A stretch of 64,000 nt of DNA. It comes from a virus. The stretch covers positions 64,001 through 128,000 of IMG/VR virus record IMGVR_UViG_3300036985_009306, one strand, 5' to 3'. The notes below the pieces were generated by a model. It was not told the origin of the DNA. It searched no databases and saw only the letters and a list, made by a program, of their open reading frames with translations. Position numbers and translations under genes: made by a program. Below, piece by piece: positions 19,401-28,186 of the stretch (positions within the stretch are counted from its first letter, which is position 1; the number at the start of each line of letters is the position of its first letter).

Positions 19401-19616
19401 GCAAGGTTAGCTCAGATAACTGCAAGGGCTAATACAATTGTCAGTGCATTGACTCCTACTCTTTATAATTCTAGAAAGAGTCCTGTGACTGTACGTTCAA
19501 ATAAAAAGACAGGAAGTTATGTGCAAGTAGGAAATAAACTTAATCAACAAGATAATAATCAGAGTGCAATAAGTACTAATAATGGTCTTATATCTACAAT
19601 AAACTCTATGTTGTAA
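13443..19616 (+). CDS. Very large (2057-aa) modular baseplate/tail-associated structural protein
   Basis: Ser/Thr/Gly-rich beta composition with several repeated modules (AGxFV..., SGTxGxxSSVxV, DYxxTGxxT). Lies in the baseplate block with GGAG RBS. Confidence 0.8.
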   Translation: MSTLLTQSDQNILEDSKQNTQDQNQSIQQSSVTITTEIASLLLVDVPFKKQLDPIHVNIFAFEEELRRLNGTSIIQPLQEKGFTISDTSSNFARLYINNGRLIITENTILPVSVVLTIDVGLKILNVGPSLSLSVGQFIVIAYDFYNQMQGEIVAYNSSTGSLSVNVITITGSGTYSTWSIYTQIFNGPLFPMRGYSRSRFAGTQQTGTITNLSTTISGLTSTAKLRSTGIIKTAGSFVIGANYIIVFIGSTDFTLIGASSNAVGVTFTATGVGSGTGTATTNPGQFVSGTGIPKNAFIMSIASSTSIIISQPCTTSGSITITFGSDFDIWSRDRYGATTSSKQTGSPYIIDKYHKKLKVTFDGVTTVEIDLSNLISIDQVDEVVISNTLGTETAVQLKYFPVISSTDSISLSLSSFVLIDKAQYMVDYNTGIITFLQAIRSGFKMTADYENLDGTYSETVFENTTGAETVAQLTHIPMFGSIVTLTTTFITINLVRGTDYNIDYSTGYVTLLTPIVDNVQMLASYENSANVLPSSLASSIQLLIQNSDPSLEKIACVFNISINTFTIISGSGPSASVQVVPCSDLIVGEIDLMNYLGFDQQFMIQGKYQNNLLNVAIDATLAGNFVVDAKYTIVSIGTTDFTSIGASSNTVGLIFTATGMGSGTGVAATSSQISEIKISDFRRCFQDANLGYDNDDLGYDWSGGLDKPLGYIGANKVGPLFCSGISNGKDVAKSIEAQLRMVGSGGFINAKVSYFTRDNIFIIYSGTMGPNSSVHVIPASDSDRDAMNLVGYVFPPVFPEEERGNEQYYNTLRDLYDKLATVSHIQVSGLNNPSTLSHSILYQQLNGVNISSSFNDNVDLTTTLIYDYGSRGLPRLYPNGKLVIDSSNNMINFFETTDIELAVTIASGTYTSEHDVATVIQSALGSGYTCTYSSQQKKFTIAKNTGSFGLLFQTGANALTGIGNYIGFNTSDKTLATSFTSDFQVTFQMTDYFNPFLPNQFDGAPKAPDYTVDEYSALLYEQLILGLESPILVALQNELTLNNNEVLLDGWESIANIEFFKTQQEDTALRYQKGAYVSHISENDSVTTNIDTALANLTPNFNNLTSLETHILLHSHAAILNLTQYLQSFSVSPVTIVAGAGSKIYNNPPILVSYENVLKQITGRWNLPYLFCSSTTFTPDIVISTLTNNRDGVEGYSYSGQTPSGSFFITDDTNAVVTGTTTGPFDLSVSNTLLFEIDGGGAQTAEATATAGYTQSRSAATSGFVIKANTNDWIDFKEAITELHAQISPGVYDVASLTTEIQNKMNAAGTYIYSVSYAANTFAITTTSIFQLLFLTGVHNSTSIAYTMGYSILDHSGSLVYIAEGFSIFPVITGVNDTFITSINGSSSSIVTISQGRYNSSGLIIEMTNKIGLQIPVGQFNITYSSDLFVITSTIRGTVSVVEVYEGTNDFLRTIKLDADVPVHGTGNVANVATVSVDEFVSILSVLSGFTVSNSSNHIKMQTNSILGSLSSIEFTGGSAIAILGFVVGTTTGIDANNRLKVDIDGDLSKPDIILTTGTLTGSQIASDIQTKLQVIGSGGYAASICTWNETTVWASFTNAFRIVSGTRGISSTVNVSSGSAIPVLKFDTQTIVNGQIVVDIQATLDSTSFKSVLSLGNSTTRMDLNFNIAVAPYNKVVNLVDAINTSPFYSDATLTKANLISRIAEPYRIENVDTLIVTANGEAPQTLTFHAVHGTSVSGSGGHTRIYSSNNRIGISLNGYTRIEITIGAQLSAYDIAINIQLQVRSIIVPNDSELQAAYSQFTCSYVGTRYYLTSGTGGTGSSVVITDALSNNAAVDLKLGVMNGGYEDPGSGNFVNSSFVTKSELESIIYGSGFECDLTSDDYLKIQSSTTDDTSRIQIAGTAKSKLGFDLNDDSYPSSDFSNLDTSQLMQFADQSIMSPIMYKVRIGFLSGLGSINVTYYTTDNSQITARLPIISSRLPTIPARLAQITARANTIVSALTPTLYNSRKSPVTVRSNKKTGSYVQVGNKLNQQDNNQSAISTNNGLISTINSML

Positions 19617-19623
19617 GGAAATC

Positions 19624-19845
19624 ATGACTGAAGAATTAAGTTGGAAAAAGAGGACATCAGCCAGATCTGAATTTGTGGATAATTTAGAAAGATTGGTGAA
19701 AAGTGTTGTAATGATAGAAATTAATCAAATTAATTCAAAGATTGAAAGTTTGTGTGCTATGGGAGTTATAAAAGATGATGTTCAAGTACGAGAATTAAGA
19801 GAAAAAATAAAACAACTACAGACAGGAATGCAACATGGCAAATAA
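19624..19845 (+). CDS. Small hypothetical coiled-coil protein
   Basis: ORF with AGGA RBS, overlapping the next gene. Confidence 0.65.
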   Translation: MTEELSWKKRTSARSEFVDNLERLVKSVVMIEINQINSKIESLCAMGVIKDDVQVRELREKIKQLQTGMQHGK

Positions 19846-22309
19846 TTTGACATGGAGTAAGATTGATACATCTCAGTGGATACCCAATGAAGTAAAAGCA
19901 TTAGCAAAATCTGTAGGACAAGTTCTACCTCCTTTGATTACTGCTTTAAATTTTACAACACAGATATTGAACATCATAAAGATTTTTATTGTCAATATTG
20001 ATGATGCAATGAAAATCTTACTTAACCAGATTAAAGCACTTATTGACAATTTTATAGCAAGTTTAGAAGCAACAGGTATTTATGTTCTGTATGTGCTACC
20101 TAAAGCAGGGGTAAACCCTCAGTCCAATCCTGAATATTTTTTAGATTTGCCCAAAGAGAATTTCAACATTTTTGATCCTAATAAACCAACTTGGTTTGAT
20201 GGTGTTAAAGGAGGATATTCTTCATTTGTTGCTAAAGTCGTAAATTCATTTGACGATCCAGGAGATAGTAACAGGCCTCAATTTCCTTCTAGTGCAATGT
20301 TAGGTGGCTATGTAATGATGTTTGATTCAGGAACTATAGGACCAGATGACATAGCTAATTTTGTTGCTTCAATACAAAAATTGATGAGATTGTTTAGATC
20401 GCCATTTAGAATTGCTTTTGAGCCACCATCTAATGTCACAACTTTTGCAGCAAATTCATCTGTGAGAGTAACATTTACTCCAAGTGATTCTATTATACCA
20501 AAAGAATATTTTATTTTTAGAAGTGAGATTCAAGGCGGCTATACTGTAACAGATAGTTCTGGAAATGGATATAGAGATGAATCGGGTAGACCTATTCGTT
20601 CTTGGAAATTAGTAGGAATTACAAATGTTGCATTGCAATTAGCCGAAATTATGAAAGTTAGTACAAGTCAGGCAACAACATGGTTGCAGCAAGCAACTTT
20701 TTCAGCTCAAGCATTGTCAACAGCAGTTTTGGGAGGTGACCCATTAAGGTTTGTTTTTGAAGATGATAATGTTCAGAATGATACTTCTTATTTTTATGTT
20801 ATTGCAGGTGGCTATACATCTTTAACAGTACATTCTCCTTCTGATTATCAATCTATAATAACTCAGGATAGAACAAAACTAATCAATTTAAAAGATGCAG
20901 GTACTGATTCAATGGGCGTTTATACTTCAGATTTTGATAAGAAGATAAATATTTTAGGTGTTGAAGAAGACATAATTCCTATTTCAAAGACAAAAATAGT
21001 AGCTGTAGGTAGTTTAAGTTCTGAAGTTTCTGCAAAACCAACAAATATTACTTTAGAAGTTAATGGGGGATTGGCAAGATGTAGAAATTACAGATGCGGA
21101 TTTGACATCGAACAAACAGAAGTTTTTACTATAACTCAAGTCATAAGTGATTCAAATCCATTACTTTATACTTTACTAGACAAACCTATAGCAGGTTCTG
21201 TTAGTATTAAGAAAAAAAGAGACAATGTAACTACGTCAGTAGATTCTACAGAGTATAGAGTTGATTATTCTTCTAATATTATTTATGTGAAGTCTATCTA
21301 TTATTTTCAATTGAATGATGTATTGACAATAACTTATTTAACTAAACATGAATTGAATGAAAAACAAGCTTCTGAGTCTGGTGCTCTTGGAAGTGATTTA
21401 ACATATTTGACTCAAAATAAACCTATAGATGCAGGATCAGTTCAAGTTTTTTTTGCTTCACCTGGATTGCAACCTGTTTCGTCTTCAAAAGTGACTGTGT
21501 TGAATGATAAGGATGGAAAGATAAAGGTGTCAGGTTATAGTTCAGGAACAATATTGACATTTAAGTATCAATATTTTACAGATTTTGCTAATAAGAACTT
21601 TTTTTCATGTATTAGACCAGAATTTAGTAGATATTTCTTTGATATAAAAAAGTGTGATGCAGGTTCTACTTTGTGTACTGGTTATGATAATGTTAATTGT
21701 GTTTATAATACAGGGGCGGCATGTACGAATTCTGGTAAGTCTCAGAGATTAGTATTTGGATCGGATAATTATTTTGATCCAGAGGATATTCCTTTTAGTG
21801 AGTTTTGGGATCCAATTTCATGTCAAAATGGAATAATGCAACAGAGATGTGATGGGTATAATAAATTTTCTAAAATACATCCACGATATCCTAAAAAAAC
21901 ATGGCCTGATTGGTCTGCTTATAAACTTGGTGTTTTGGAAATGTTTCCTAAAATTAAAGAAACTGTAGACATAATGAATACTTTGATTGATTCTTTGTTA
22001 AAAGGTACGGATAAAATGGATTCTGCAATATTGACTTTTATTAATTTATTGCAAAAAAAGGTTGATAGTTTGAAGCTGTTTATTGAACTTATAGATTCAT
22101 ATATAAAAATACTTGAAAATGATTTTTCTCTTCCAAATCTTTATTTTTTACAAATACCGTTTGCTGAAGGTGGAAATGAATATATTAAAACTAGTATAAA
22201 AAATGCTATAAATGGACCTATTCCTGACTCTACTTCTTATACTGCGGGAATAGTTTTAGTGTATGGAACTCCAGGCATAGGAGATGCTCTGAAAATCTTT
22301 TTTAGATAG
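19835..22309 (+). CDS. Putative baseplate/virion structural protein with Cys-rich segment
   Basis: Helical N- and C-termini, FN3-like centre (VRVTFTP...YFIFRS...YFYVIAG), Cys cluster near residues 415-680. Confidence 0.7.
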   Translation: MANNLTWSKIDTSQWIPNEVKALAKSVGQVLPPLITALNFTTQILNIIKIFIVNIDDAMKILLNQIKALIDNFIASLEATGIYVLYVLPKAGVNPQSNPEYFLDLPKENFNIFDPNKPTWFDGVKGGYSSFVAKVVNSFDDPGDSNRPQFPSSAMLGGYVMMFDSGTIGPDDIANFVASIQKLMRLFRSPFRIAFEPPSNVTTFAANSSVRVTFTPSDSIIPKEYFIFRSEIQGGYTVTDSSGNGYRDESGRPIRSWKLVGITNVALQLAEIMKVSTSQATTWLQQATFSAQALSTAVLGGDPLRFVFEDDNVQNDTSYFYVIAGGYTSLTVHSPSDYQSIITQDRTKLINLKDAGTDSMGVYTSDFDKKINILGVEEDIIPISKTKIVAVGSLSSEVSAKPTNITLEVNGGLARCRNYRCGFDIEQTEVFTITQVISDSNPLLYTLLDKPIAGSVSIKKKRDNVTTSVDSTEYRVDYSSNIIYVKSIYYFQLNDVLTITYLTKHELNEKQASESGALGSDLTYLTQNKPIDAGSVQVFFASPGLQPVSSSKVTVLNDKDGKIKVSGYSSGTILTFKYQYFTDFANKNFFSCIRPEFSRYFFDIKKCDAGSTLCTGYDNVNCVYNTGAACTNSGKSQRLVFGSDNYFDPEDIPFSEFWDPISCQNGIMQQRCDGYNKFSKIHPRYPKKTWPDWSAYKLGVLEMFPKIKETVDIMNTLIDSLLKGTDKMDSAILTFINLLQKKVDSLKLFIELIDSYIKILENDFSLPNLYFLQIPFAEGGNEYIKTSIKNAINGPIPDSTSYTAGIVLVYGTPGIGDALKIFFR

Positions 22310-22351
22310 CTTTTTCTATAGTTTTTATTTATTTCTAAATTATACACCATT

Positions 22352-22415
22352 AAGACTACATATCTTCAAAGATATTCATTGACCTTTTGTAGTCGAGGGA
22401 GAATATCTAGCTTCC
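22352..22415 (+). ncRNA. Putative structured cis-RNA element, copy 2; strand inferred
   Basis: GACTACA(22354-60) pairs with TGTAGTC(22388-94), and AGATATTC(22370-77) with GAATATCT(22401-08). Compensatory GC-to-AT double change versus copy 1. Followed by CTTCC-TTTTTT. Confidence 0.65.
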
Positions 22416-22500
22416 TTTTTTCTATAATTTTTATAGTTATGTATAAATAGACACAATCCCATTAATTGTTAATCAATTATAAACAAAAGGATTTGTTAAC

Positions 22501-23022
22501 TTGGCTTTCAATTTTTTAGGAACATTAAGTTCACCTCAACTTCAAGATTTAAGAAGTTTTCTTGAAGAGCAAATAGTAGATATTAATGAAGAGATTAACT
22601 ATCTATATGTAGAAATGAATAATCTAAGACAGACGTTGTCATATTTTTCTACAGCAGATAATTTTTTTGGAGGAAGTGCTTCTAATGTTCTTTATGAAAC
22701 ACAACTTCATGATTTAGTTAAAGTTACAAAACAAGATGATAGTGTTTCAGCAGATTTAATGTCGCAAGTAAAACAGCCATTTATATCTACAATAAAGTAT
22801 AAAAGAGAGAGAAATGAATATAAAATGAAGAAATTGCTTGATGCAATAGAACAATCTAAAGAAATGATAGATAGAAAATCTGCTGCAAAAACAGAAACAA
22901 AATCATTTTTAGATCAAATAGAGCGTATGATTGCAGATGATAATAATAATATTTTGTTTCCTTCTGAACAAGCCAGAAAAGATTTTGCTAAAGGTGTCGT
23001 TAAAACAGAGTCTAAAACATAA
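22501..23022 (+). CDS. Hypothetical helical protein of baseplate cluster
   Basis: TTG start with AAGGA upstream. Coiled-coil composition. Stop overlaps next ATG. Confidence 0.7.
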   Translation: MAFNFLGTLSSPQLQDLRSFLEEQIVDINEEINYLYVEMNNLRQTLSYFSTADNFFGGSASNVLYETQLHDLVKVTKQDDSVSADLMSQVKQPFISTIKYKRERNEYKMKKLLDAIEQSKEMIDRKSAAKTETKSFLDQIERMIADDNNNILFPSEQARKDFAKGVVKTESKT

Positions 23023-24944
23023 TGTCATATGAATTTTTATTGAAAAAAGTTTGTGATAACAAAGTTATTTGGGATGATCATATTGTCGAAGACGATAACA
23101 AAACTGTTGTTATCAATGTGCCTCTTATTAATCAAGATGTTGTTGTTAGAATTAATGATTTTGAGAGACCTAGAGATTTTCTAAATGAAATTTTATTAAG
23201 AGAGGATATTTCTTCTCAAGTAACAGGGAGCAATAGAACTTTTTTTGTTTCTCAAGGTCCAATTTATAATGGTCTAAAATTAGGTCAGTTAGCAACTCGA
23301 TTTCAAGATGTGGTTGTTAAAGTAAAAGTTACAAATGAAGATGTGTCAGAACAATTTACAGGTGTTGAGAATTATTTCTTTACTCAAAGTCGACCTTTGA
23401 TGAAATCTAATAGTTATGATTTTAATAGTTTTATAGATGTAAATGATTTTCAGATAACTAAAAATGGTCGACCTTATTCTCCTGGTTTTGCTACTTCTCC
23501 TAAAAGTTGTACTGATATTGAAGTGTTAATTGAAACTTATAGTCTTATTGCAGGAGATTATTTTTATATAGATGGTAGTGATACAACAAATCAAACACTT
23601 GAACTTATAAAAGGGAATACTCTTGCAAATTATGATTCATTTCAAGTAGATAGTAGTCAGAAACAACTTGGACTTTCTATTATTCCTTCTACTTATGCTT
23701 CTATTTCTTCTCTTATTTCAATTAATAATCTTAATGTAGGTGACAAATTTTATACTTCGGATGATTCGGATACTGCAATTCCTTCTCTTGCTATAGCAAA
23801 AGCTTTTTTAACTACTATTCCACTTGCTACTAATGATTCATTCGAAGTTGGAATGGGAAATACGATAATTTATTTGGCACAGACAGTAAGATATAGCGCA
23901 ACAAGAATAGAAAGTTTTGATGCTATAACAGGTAGAATTAGTTTCAAAGAAAAGCCAATAATAAGTGATGTTATTACAATCACATATTTTTATCAAGCAC
24001 AGATAACTAATGTTAATGCTTTACAAAGCAATGTAACTATAAAGCAACTTGTTCAAGTAGGACAAGATGTCAAAATTTCTTATTTTAGTCAACAAAGTGA
24101 TGGATGGTATTTAAAAAATTCTACAAAAGCTGTAATTCCAGGATCACAAGATGTTGTTTTTCGGTCTAATAAGAAAACTAATAGAAAGTTTGTTGAGAAT
24201 GAAGTTGTTCAAGGTTCGCTTGGAACAACTAACTTTACAGGATCAGAGAGAACATTTTTTACAAAATATTTTCCTTTATTACCATTATTTCAGACATTTG
24301 AGTCTACATCAAATAATACACTTAATAATGCTGTTATAGTAACTATTAATGGAGCAATATATCCTGTAGCAGGAGTGAATTCTGCTACAGGTGAGATTAC
24401 TTTGTATCAATATCCAAAACCTACTGATATTATTTTGATTTCGTATTATTATCAAACTGATTTGATATCAGATAGAATTTCTTTAGATTACTATGTTAAT
24501 TCTACTTATTGTGATAAATGTTCAGATTATACAGATCTCATTGATTATACAATAGATCAACTTGGACAGTATAAAACTATAAAAGATTCAGACAAACTTA
24601 TTCAAGATCTTAAAAAGATAATAATAACAGTTTTGGGAAGTGATCCAGTAGCAACATGGTATGGAACAGATTTTGCAGCAATGATAGGTACTAAGATTTT
24701 CCCGGAAATAACTAAGACAAAAATTTTAAATGAGATTGTAACTGTATTATCTAAATTAAAATCAGCTCAAATACAACAAGAAGAGTATCAAACAGTGACA
24801 AATCTAGAATTCTTGAACACTATTAAGAGTACAAGTATTACACAGAGTACATCGGATCCTTCTTATTTTACTGTTAATGTTAATATTACTACACAAGCGA
24901 ATACAGTAGTTCCAGTATCAAATGTACCTATTCAGATATCATGA
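23022..24944 (+). CDS. Baseplate wedge protein with C-terminal gp25/GPW-like domain
   Basis: C-terminal KLIQDLKKIIITVLGSDP..WYGT...VNVNITTQA matches gp25-like pattern, preceded by YCDKC. Long beta-rich N-terminal extension. Directly upstream of the baseplate-J-like gene. Confidence 0.7.
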   Translation: MSYEFLLKKVCDNKVIWDDHIVEDDNKTVVINVPLINQDVVVRINDFERPRDFLNEILLREDISSQVTGSNRTFFVSQGPIYNGLKLGQLATRFQDVVVKVKVTNEDVSEQFTGVENYFFTQSRPLMKSNSYDFNSFIDVNDFQITKNGRPYSPGFATSPKSCTDIEVLIETYSLIAGDYFYIDGSDTTNQTLELIKGNTLANYDSFQVDSSQKQLGLSIIPSTYASISSLISINNLNVGDKFYTSDDSDTAIPSLAIAKAFLTTIPLATNDSFEVGMGNTIIYLAQTVRYSATRIESFDAITGRISFKEKPIISDVITITYFYQAQITNVNALQSNVTIKQLVQVGQDVKISYFSQQSDGWYLKNSTKAVIPGSQDVVFRSNKKTNRKFVENEVVQGSLGTTNFTGSERTFFTKYFPLLPLFQTFESTSNNTLNNAVIVTINGAIYPVAGVNSATGEITLYQYPKPTDIILISYYYQTDLISDRISLDYYVNSTYCDKCSDYTDLIDYTIDQLGQYKTIKDSDKLIQDLKKIIITVLGSDPVATWYGTDFAAMIGTKIFPEITKTKILNEIVTVLSKLKSAQIQQEEYQTVTNLEFLNTIKSTSITQSTSDPSYFTVNVNITTQANTVVPVSNVPIQIS

Positions 24945-24963
24945 TAATGAAAAGGATAATTAA

Positions 24964-27900
24964 ATGCTACCTACTCCACCTACTGGGTTATACGTTGTTG
25001 CTTTTAGTAGTCAAGTTCAGATAAATTGGGTTCAAAATCTTGAGACTGATATTCAAGGTTATAATGTCTATAATTCTACTACTTCAGGAGGCGGGCTTAG
25101 TGGGTACATAAAACTTAATAATACTTTAGTAGAAGCAATTTCTAAAGTTCAACAAAATCTTTTGAGCACACAAGAAATTGTTCAACAAACAGGTGATGTA
25201 AAAACTACAACAGTAGTACAAAATTTTGAACAGGTAAATGTCTTTAGTTTTTTACATCAAAATATAACTGAAAATACGACACAGTATTATGTCGTCACAG
25301 CAGTTAATACATCTGGGGAAGAAAGTGTAACTTCAATTGAACTTCAAGCAATTCCTTTGACTATATCTACAGAAGTTGCAACTATTCCTACAAGAACACA
25401 GAATGATATAAGTCTAGATTATATTACAGAACTGCTTGAAAGAAGTCCTCTTTTAGATGTCAAGCCTGGCTCAGTAATTCGTCAATTGCATGTAGATCCA
25501 AACAGTTTGGAAATGTATTGGGCATTTGTTAGAGAAAATTTTGCAATGAAGTCTCAATCATTTTTAAATCTTAGACAATTAGATGATTCAAATGGTGATA
25601 GAATATCTGATCCAGTTTCTAGTTCATCATACAAACAATTATTGAAGTTAGCATTTTTCTTTACTTCTGATGATCAAGTTCAAACTCTTATAGATCAATC
25701 ATTTGATGCATTAGCTTCTAATTATGGAAAAACAAGATTGGGTGCAACATTTTCGACTACAGATGTGACTTATTATACTACAACGATTCCTTCTACAGAC
25801 TTATCTGTAGCTTTGGGAGATCCGGTAAGCACAACACCGACAGAGACACAATCTTCTATAACATTTAATACGCTTTCTAGCGGTATAATGCAAGTTTCTC
25901 AAATCAACAATTATTATAATGCTGTAACTAAAAGATATGAACTTGTAATTCCTGTTCAAGCTGCTATTGCAGGATTAAATGGAAATGTTAATGCAAATAC
26001 AATTATAAATACAAAAACTACAGGATTTTCTGTTATTAATCCTAAATCAGCATTTGGAGGTATTGATGAAGAATCAAATGCAGATTTAGCTGATAGAGTT
26101 CAACTTTCATTTGTAGGGTTAGATGTAGGAACAGTATATGGGTATAAAAGGACATGTACTCAAATATCAGGTGTTAGAGATGTGATTGTAGTTACTGCAG
26201 GTGACTCTCTAATGCAACGAGATTATGACGAAGTTAGGAAGAAACATGTCTATGGTAAGGTGGATATATACATAAGGGGTGGGGAAAATGCACAAACGCA
26301 GGATAACGTAGGGTTTTTATATGATCAATCTAATGACGAACAATTTACTATTTTAGTACCTTTGTCTACTTCACCTTCTCCTAATTATGCAATTATAGAA
26401 ACACAAAACATTAATGTCACAACATCATCTCCGATTTACATGGTTTCTAGAATATTTAAAGATACAGCAGGTCAAGATTATGATATTCTTGGCAACTGGA
26501 CTGTCTATAAAAATTCTATTTCTTTAGATAAAAGTACAGAGGTTGATGTGGATTTGACAACAGGTCAAATTACACTTTTAAACCCATTAACTGCAGGTGA
26601 TTTTGTAACTGCTGATTATCAATACAAAGTTTCAATAAGCTCAGAAGCAATACCGGGTAGTGTAGGACAAACTAATTTTACTTTATTACATTCACCTGTT
26701 GTTAAAAGATCATATACTATATTTAAAAATAGCATTGCATTAGTGGAAAATGTCGATTATACTTTGAACACATTAAATGGACAACTTGTATTAGTTGTGC
26801 CTCTATTGTTAGGAAACATATTAACTGCAACTTATCAATATATAATAACTGTGACAACAGAAGTTGTTATTGCAAGTGCTGTAGGAGGAGAGACATCAGC
26901 AAATCTTGCACATTTTCCAATTGTAGAAAGTATGTTAATAGGTGTTGAGGGTACTACTTTAGAACTGGATCCAAGTAATGCAACAAATCATTCAATAGGT
27001 ATGGATTTTTTGGATGAAATTTTTGTTACTTACAGATATAGAGCAAGCAATCCTATTCTTTTGCAGACTCAACCTGCAGAAAGTATTATTTCTATTGTTG
27101 GAAGCGTAAGTGGTCCTTTGCAAGCAGATGTGAATTATTCACTTAATAAAATAGATGATGTTCTTTTAGAAGGAAATTCTAGTAAGGCAAATAGAACTGT
27201 ACAAATAATGTATGCTAACGGTGTACCAGTAGGAACTTTGACAGTTTCATCTGAGACTGTAGTTTTAGTTAATAGTGAATATAGACAATTAAGTCAATAT
27301 GCAATTGATATTCCATCTATTGTAGTTAGTCTGGGTGCTATAGTCTATTCTATAAATTCTGACTATACATTATTACCAGAATCTAGTGGAAATAAGGTAC
27401 AAATTGCACGTTCTAGAAATTCTACTATACCTAATGGTAGTCAGATTACAGTCGGCTATGATTATGGAGAAATTTTAACTATTACATATAATGCCAATCA
27501 ATTAGTCAATGTAGTTCAAGATACTATAGATGTGACAAGACATGTTACTGCAGATGTTTTAATTAAAGATGTTTTAGAGACATTAGTAGATTTAGAGATT
27601 TCTGTCGTATTAGTTCCTGGAGCAAATTCAATAACCGTAAAAAGCGATGTTGCTACTGCACTTTCAAATCAATTTGATTCATTGAAATTGGGAATAGGAA
27701 TAGCTCAAAGTGACGTCATAAGTGCAGTTGAGGCTGTTACTAATGTAAAGTCTGTTGTGGTACCTTTGACAAAAATGGTAAAAGCAAATGGTACTCAAAT
27801 AAATAGAGAAGTCATTGGTGCATCTTTTGAACCATTATTGGGTTCTATTAGATCATATTCGACTGGACCAGGAGCTCTGTTGAATTCAACTCTAGGACCA

Positions 27901-28167
27901 TCTGTAGAAGATGGTTTTTATGCAATTTTTGAGGATGATAGACCTTTAATTTTAGTATTAAATTCAATTCTTGTCGATTTGGCTGCAGGACAAGGATATA
28001 TAGGTACTAATGGTGAGATCGTCATTTCGACAATAAATGGTGATTCACCAACATTGCATAGATATACAGTTTCATATGTTGTTTATGGGAATACAGGTTC
28101 AGGGGACATAAATATAACTAGTCTTGAATATCTTTCATTAGGCGAACTTTTAATCAGTACAACATAG
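24964..28167 (+). CDS. Baseplate J / gp6-like wedge protein with N-terminal FN3 domain
   Basis: LDVKPGSVIRQLHVDP, VQAAIAGLNGNV, FGGIDEESNADLADR, GKVDIYIRG are baseplate-J signatures. N-terminal PPTGL...INW...GYNVY...YYVVTAVN is FN3-like. Confidence 0.85.
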   Translation: MLPTPPTGLYVVAFSSQVQINWVQNLETDIQGYNVYNSTTSGGGLSGYIKLNNTLVEAISKVQQNLLSTQEIVQQTGDVKTTTVVQNFEQVNVFSFLHQNITENTTQYYVVTAVNTSGEESVTSIELQAIPLTISTEVATIPTRTQNDISLDYITELLERSPLLDVKPGSVIRQLHVDPNSLEMYWAFVRENFAMKSQSFLNLRQLDDSNGDRISDPVSSSSYKQLLKLAFFFTSDDQVQTLIDQSFDALASNYGKTRLGATFSTTDVTYYTTTIPSTDLSVALGDPVSTTPTETQSSITFNTLSSGIMQVSQINNYYNAVTKRYELVIPVQAAIAGLNGNVNANTIINTKTTGFSVINPKSAFGGIDEESNADLADRVQLSFVGLDVGTVYGYKRTCTQISGVRDVIVVTAGDSLMQRDYDEVRKKHVYGKVDIYIRGGENAQTQDNVGFLYDQSNDEQFTILVPLSTSPSPNYAIIETQNINVTTSSPIYMVSRIFKDTAGQDYDILGNWTVYKNSISLDKSTEVDVDLTTGQITLLNPLTAGDFVTADYQYKVSISSEAIPGSVGQTNFTLLHSPVVKRSYTIFKNSIALVENVDYTLNTLNGQLVLVVPLLLGNILTATYQYIITVTTEVVIASAVGGETSANLAHFPIVESMLIGVEGTTLELDPSNATNHSIGMDFLDEIFVTYRYRASNPILLQTQPAESIISIVGSVSGPLQADVNYSLNKIDDVLLEGNSSKANRTVQIMYANGVPVGTLTVSSETVVLVNSEYRQLSQYAIDIPSIVVSLGAIVYSINSDYTLLPESSGNKVQIARSRNSTIPNGSQITVGYDYGEILTITYNANQLVNVVQDTIDVTRHVTADVLIKDVLETLVDLEISVVLVPGANSITVKSDVATALSNQFDSLKLGIGIAQSDVISAVEAVTNVKSVVVPLTKMVKANGTQINREVIGASFEPLLGSIRSYSTGPGALLNSTLGPSVEDGFYAIFEDDRPLILVLNSILVDLAAGQGYIGTNGEIVISTINGDSPTLHRYTVSYVVYGNTGSGDINITSLEYLSLGELLISTT

Positions 28168-28186
28168 GTAAAAGAAGTCATAAATT

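Noticed and set aside
22442-22449. T4-type late promoter TATAAATA (also at 57083-57090; ATAAATA within the MHKYS codons)
   Set aside because: Only two exact intergenic hits in a very AT-rich sequence, and no gp55-like sigma was recognised. Within the tag the word would lie downstream of the start codon.
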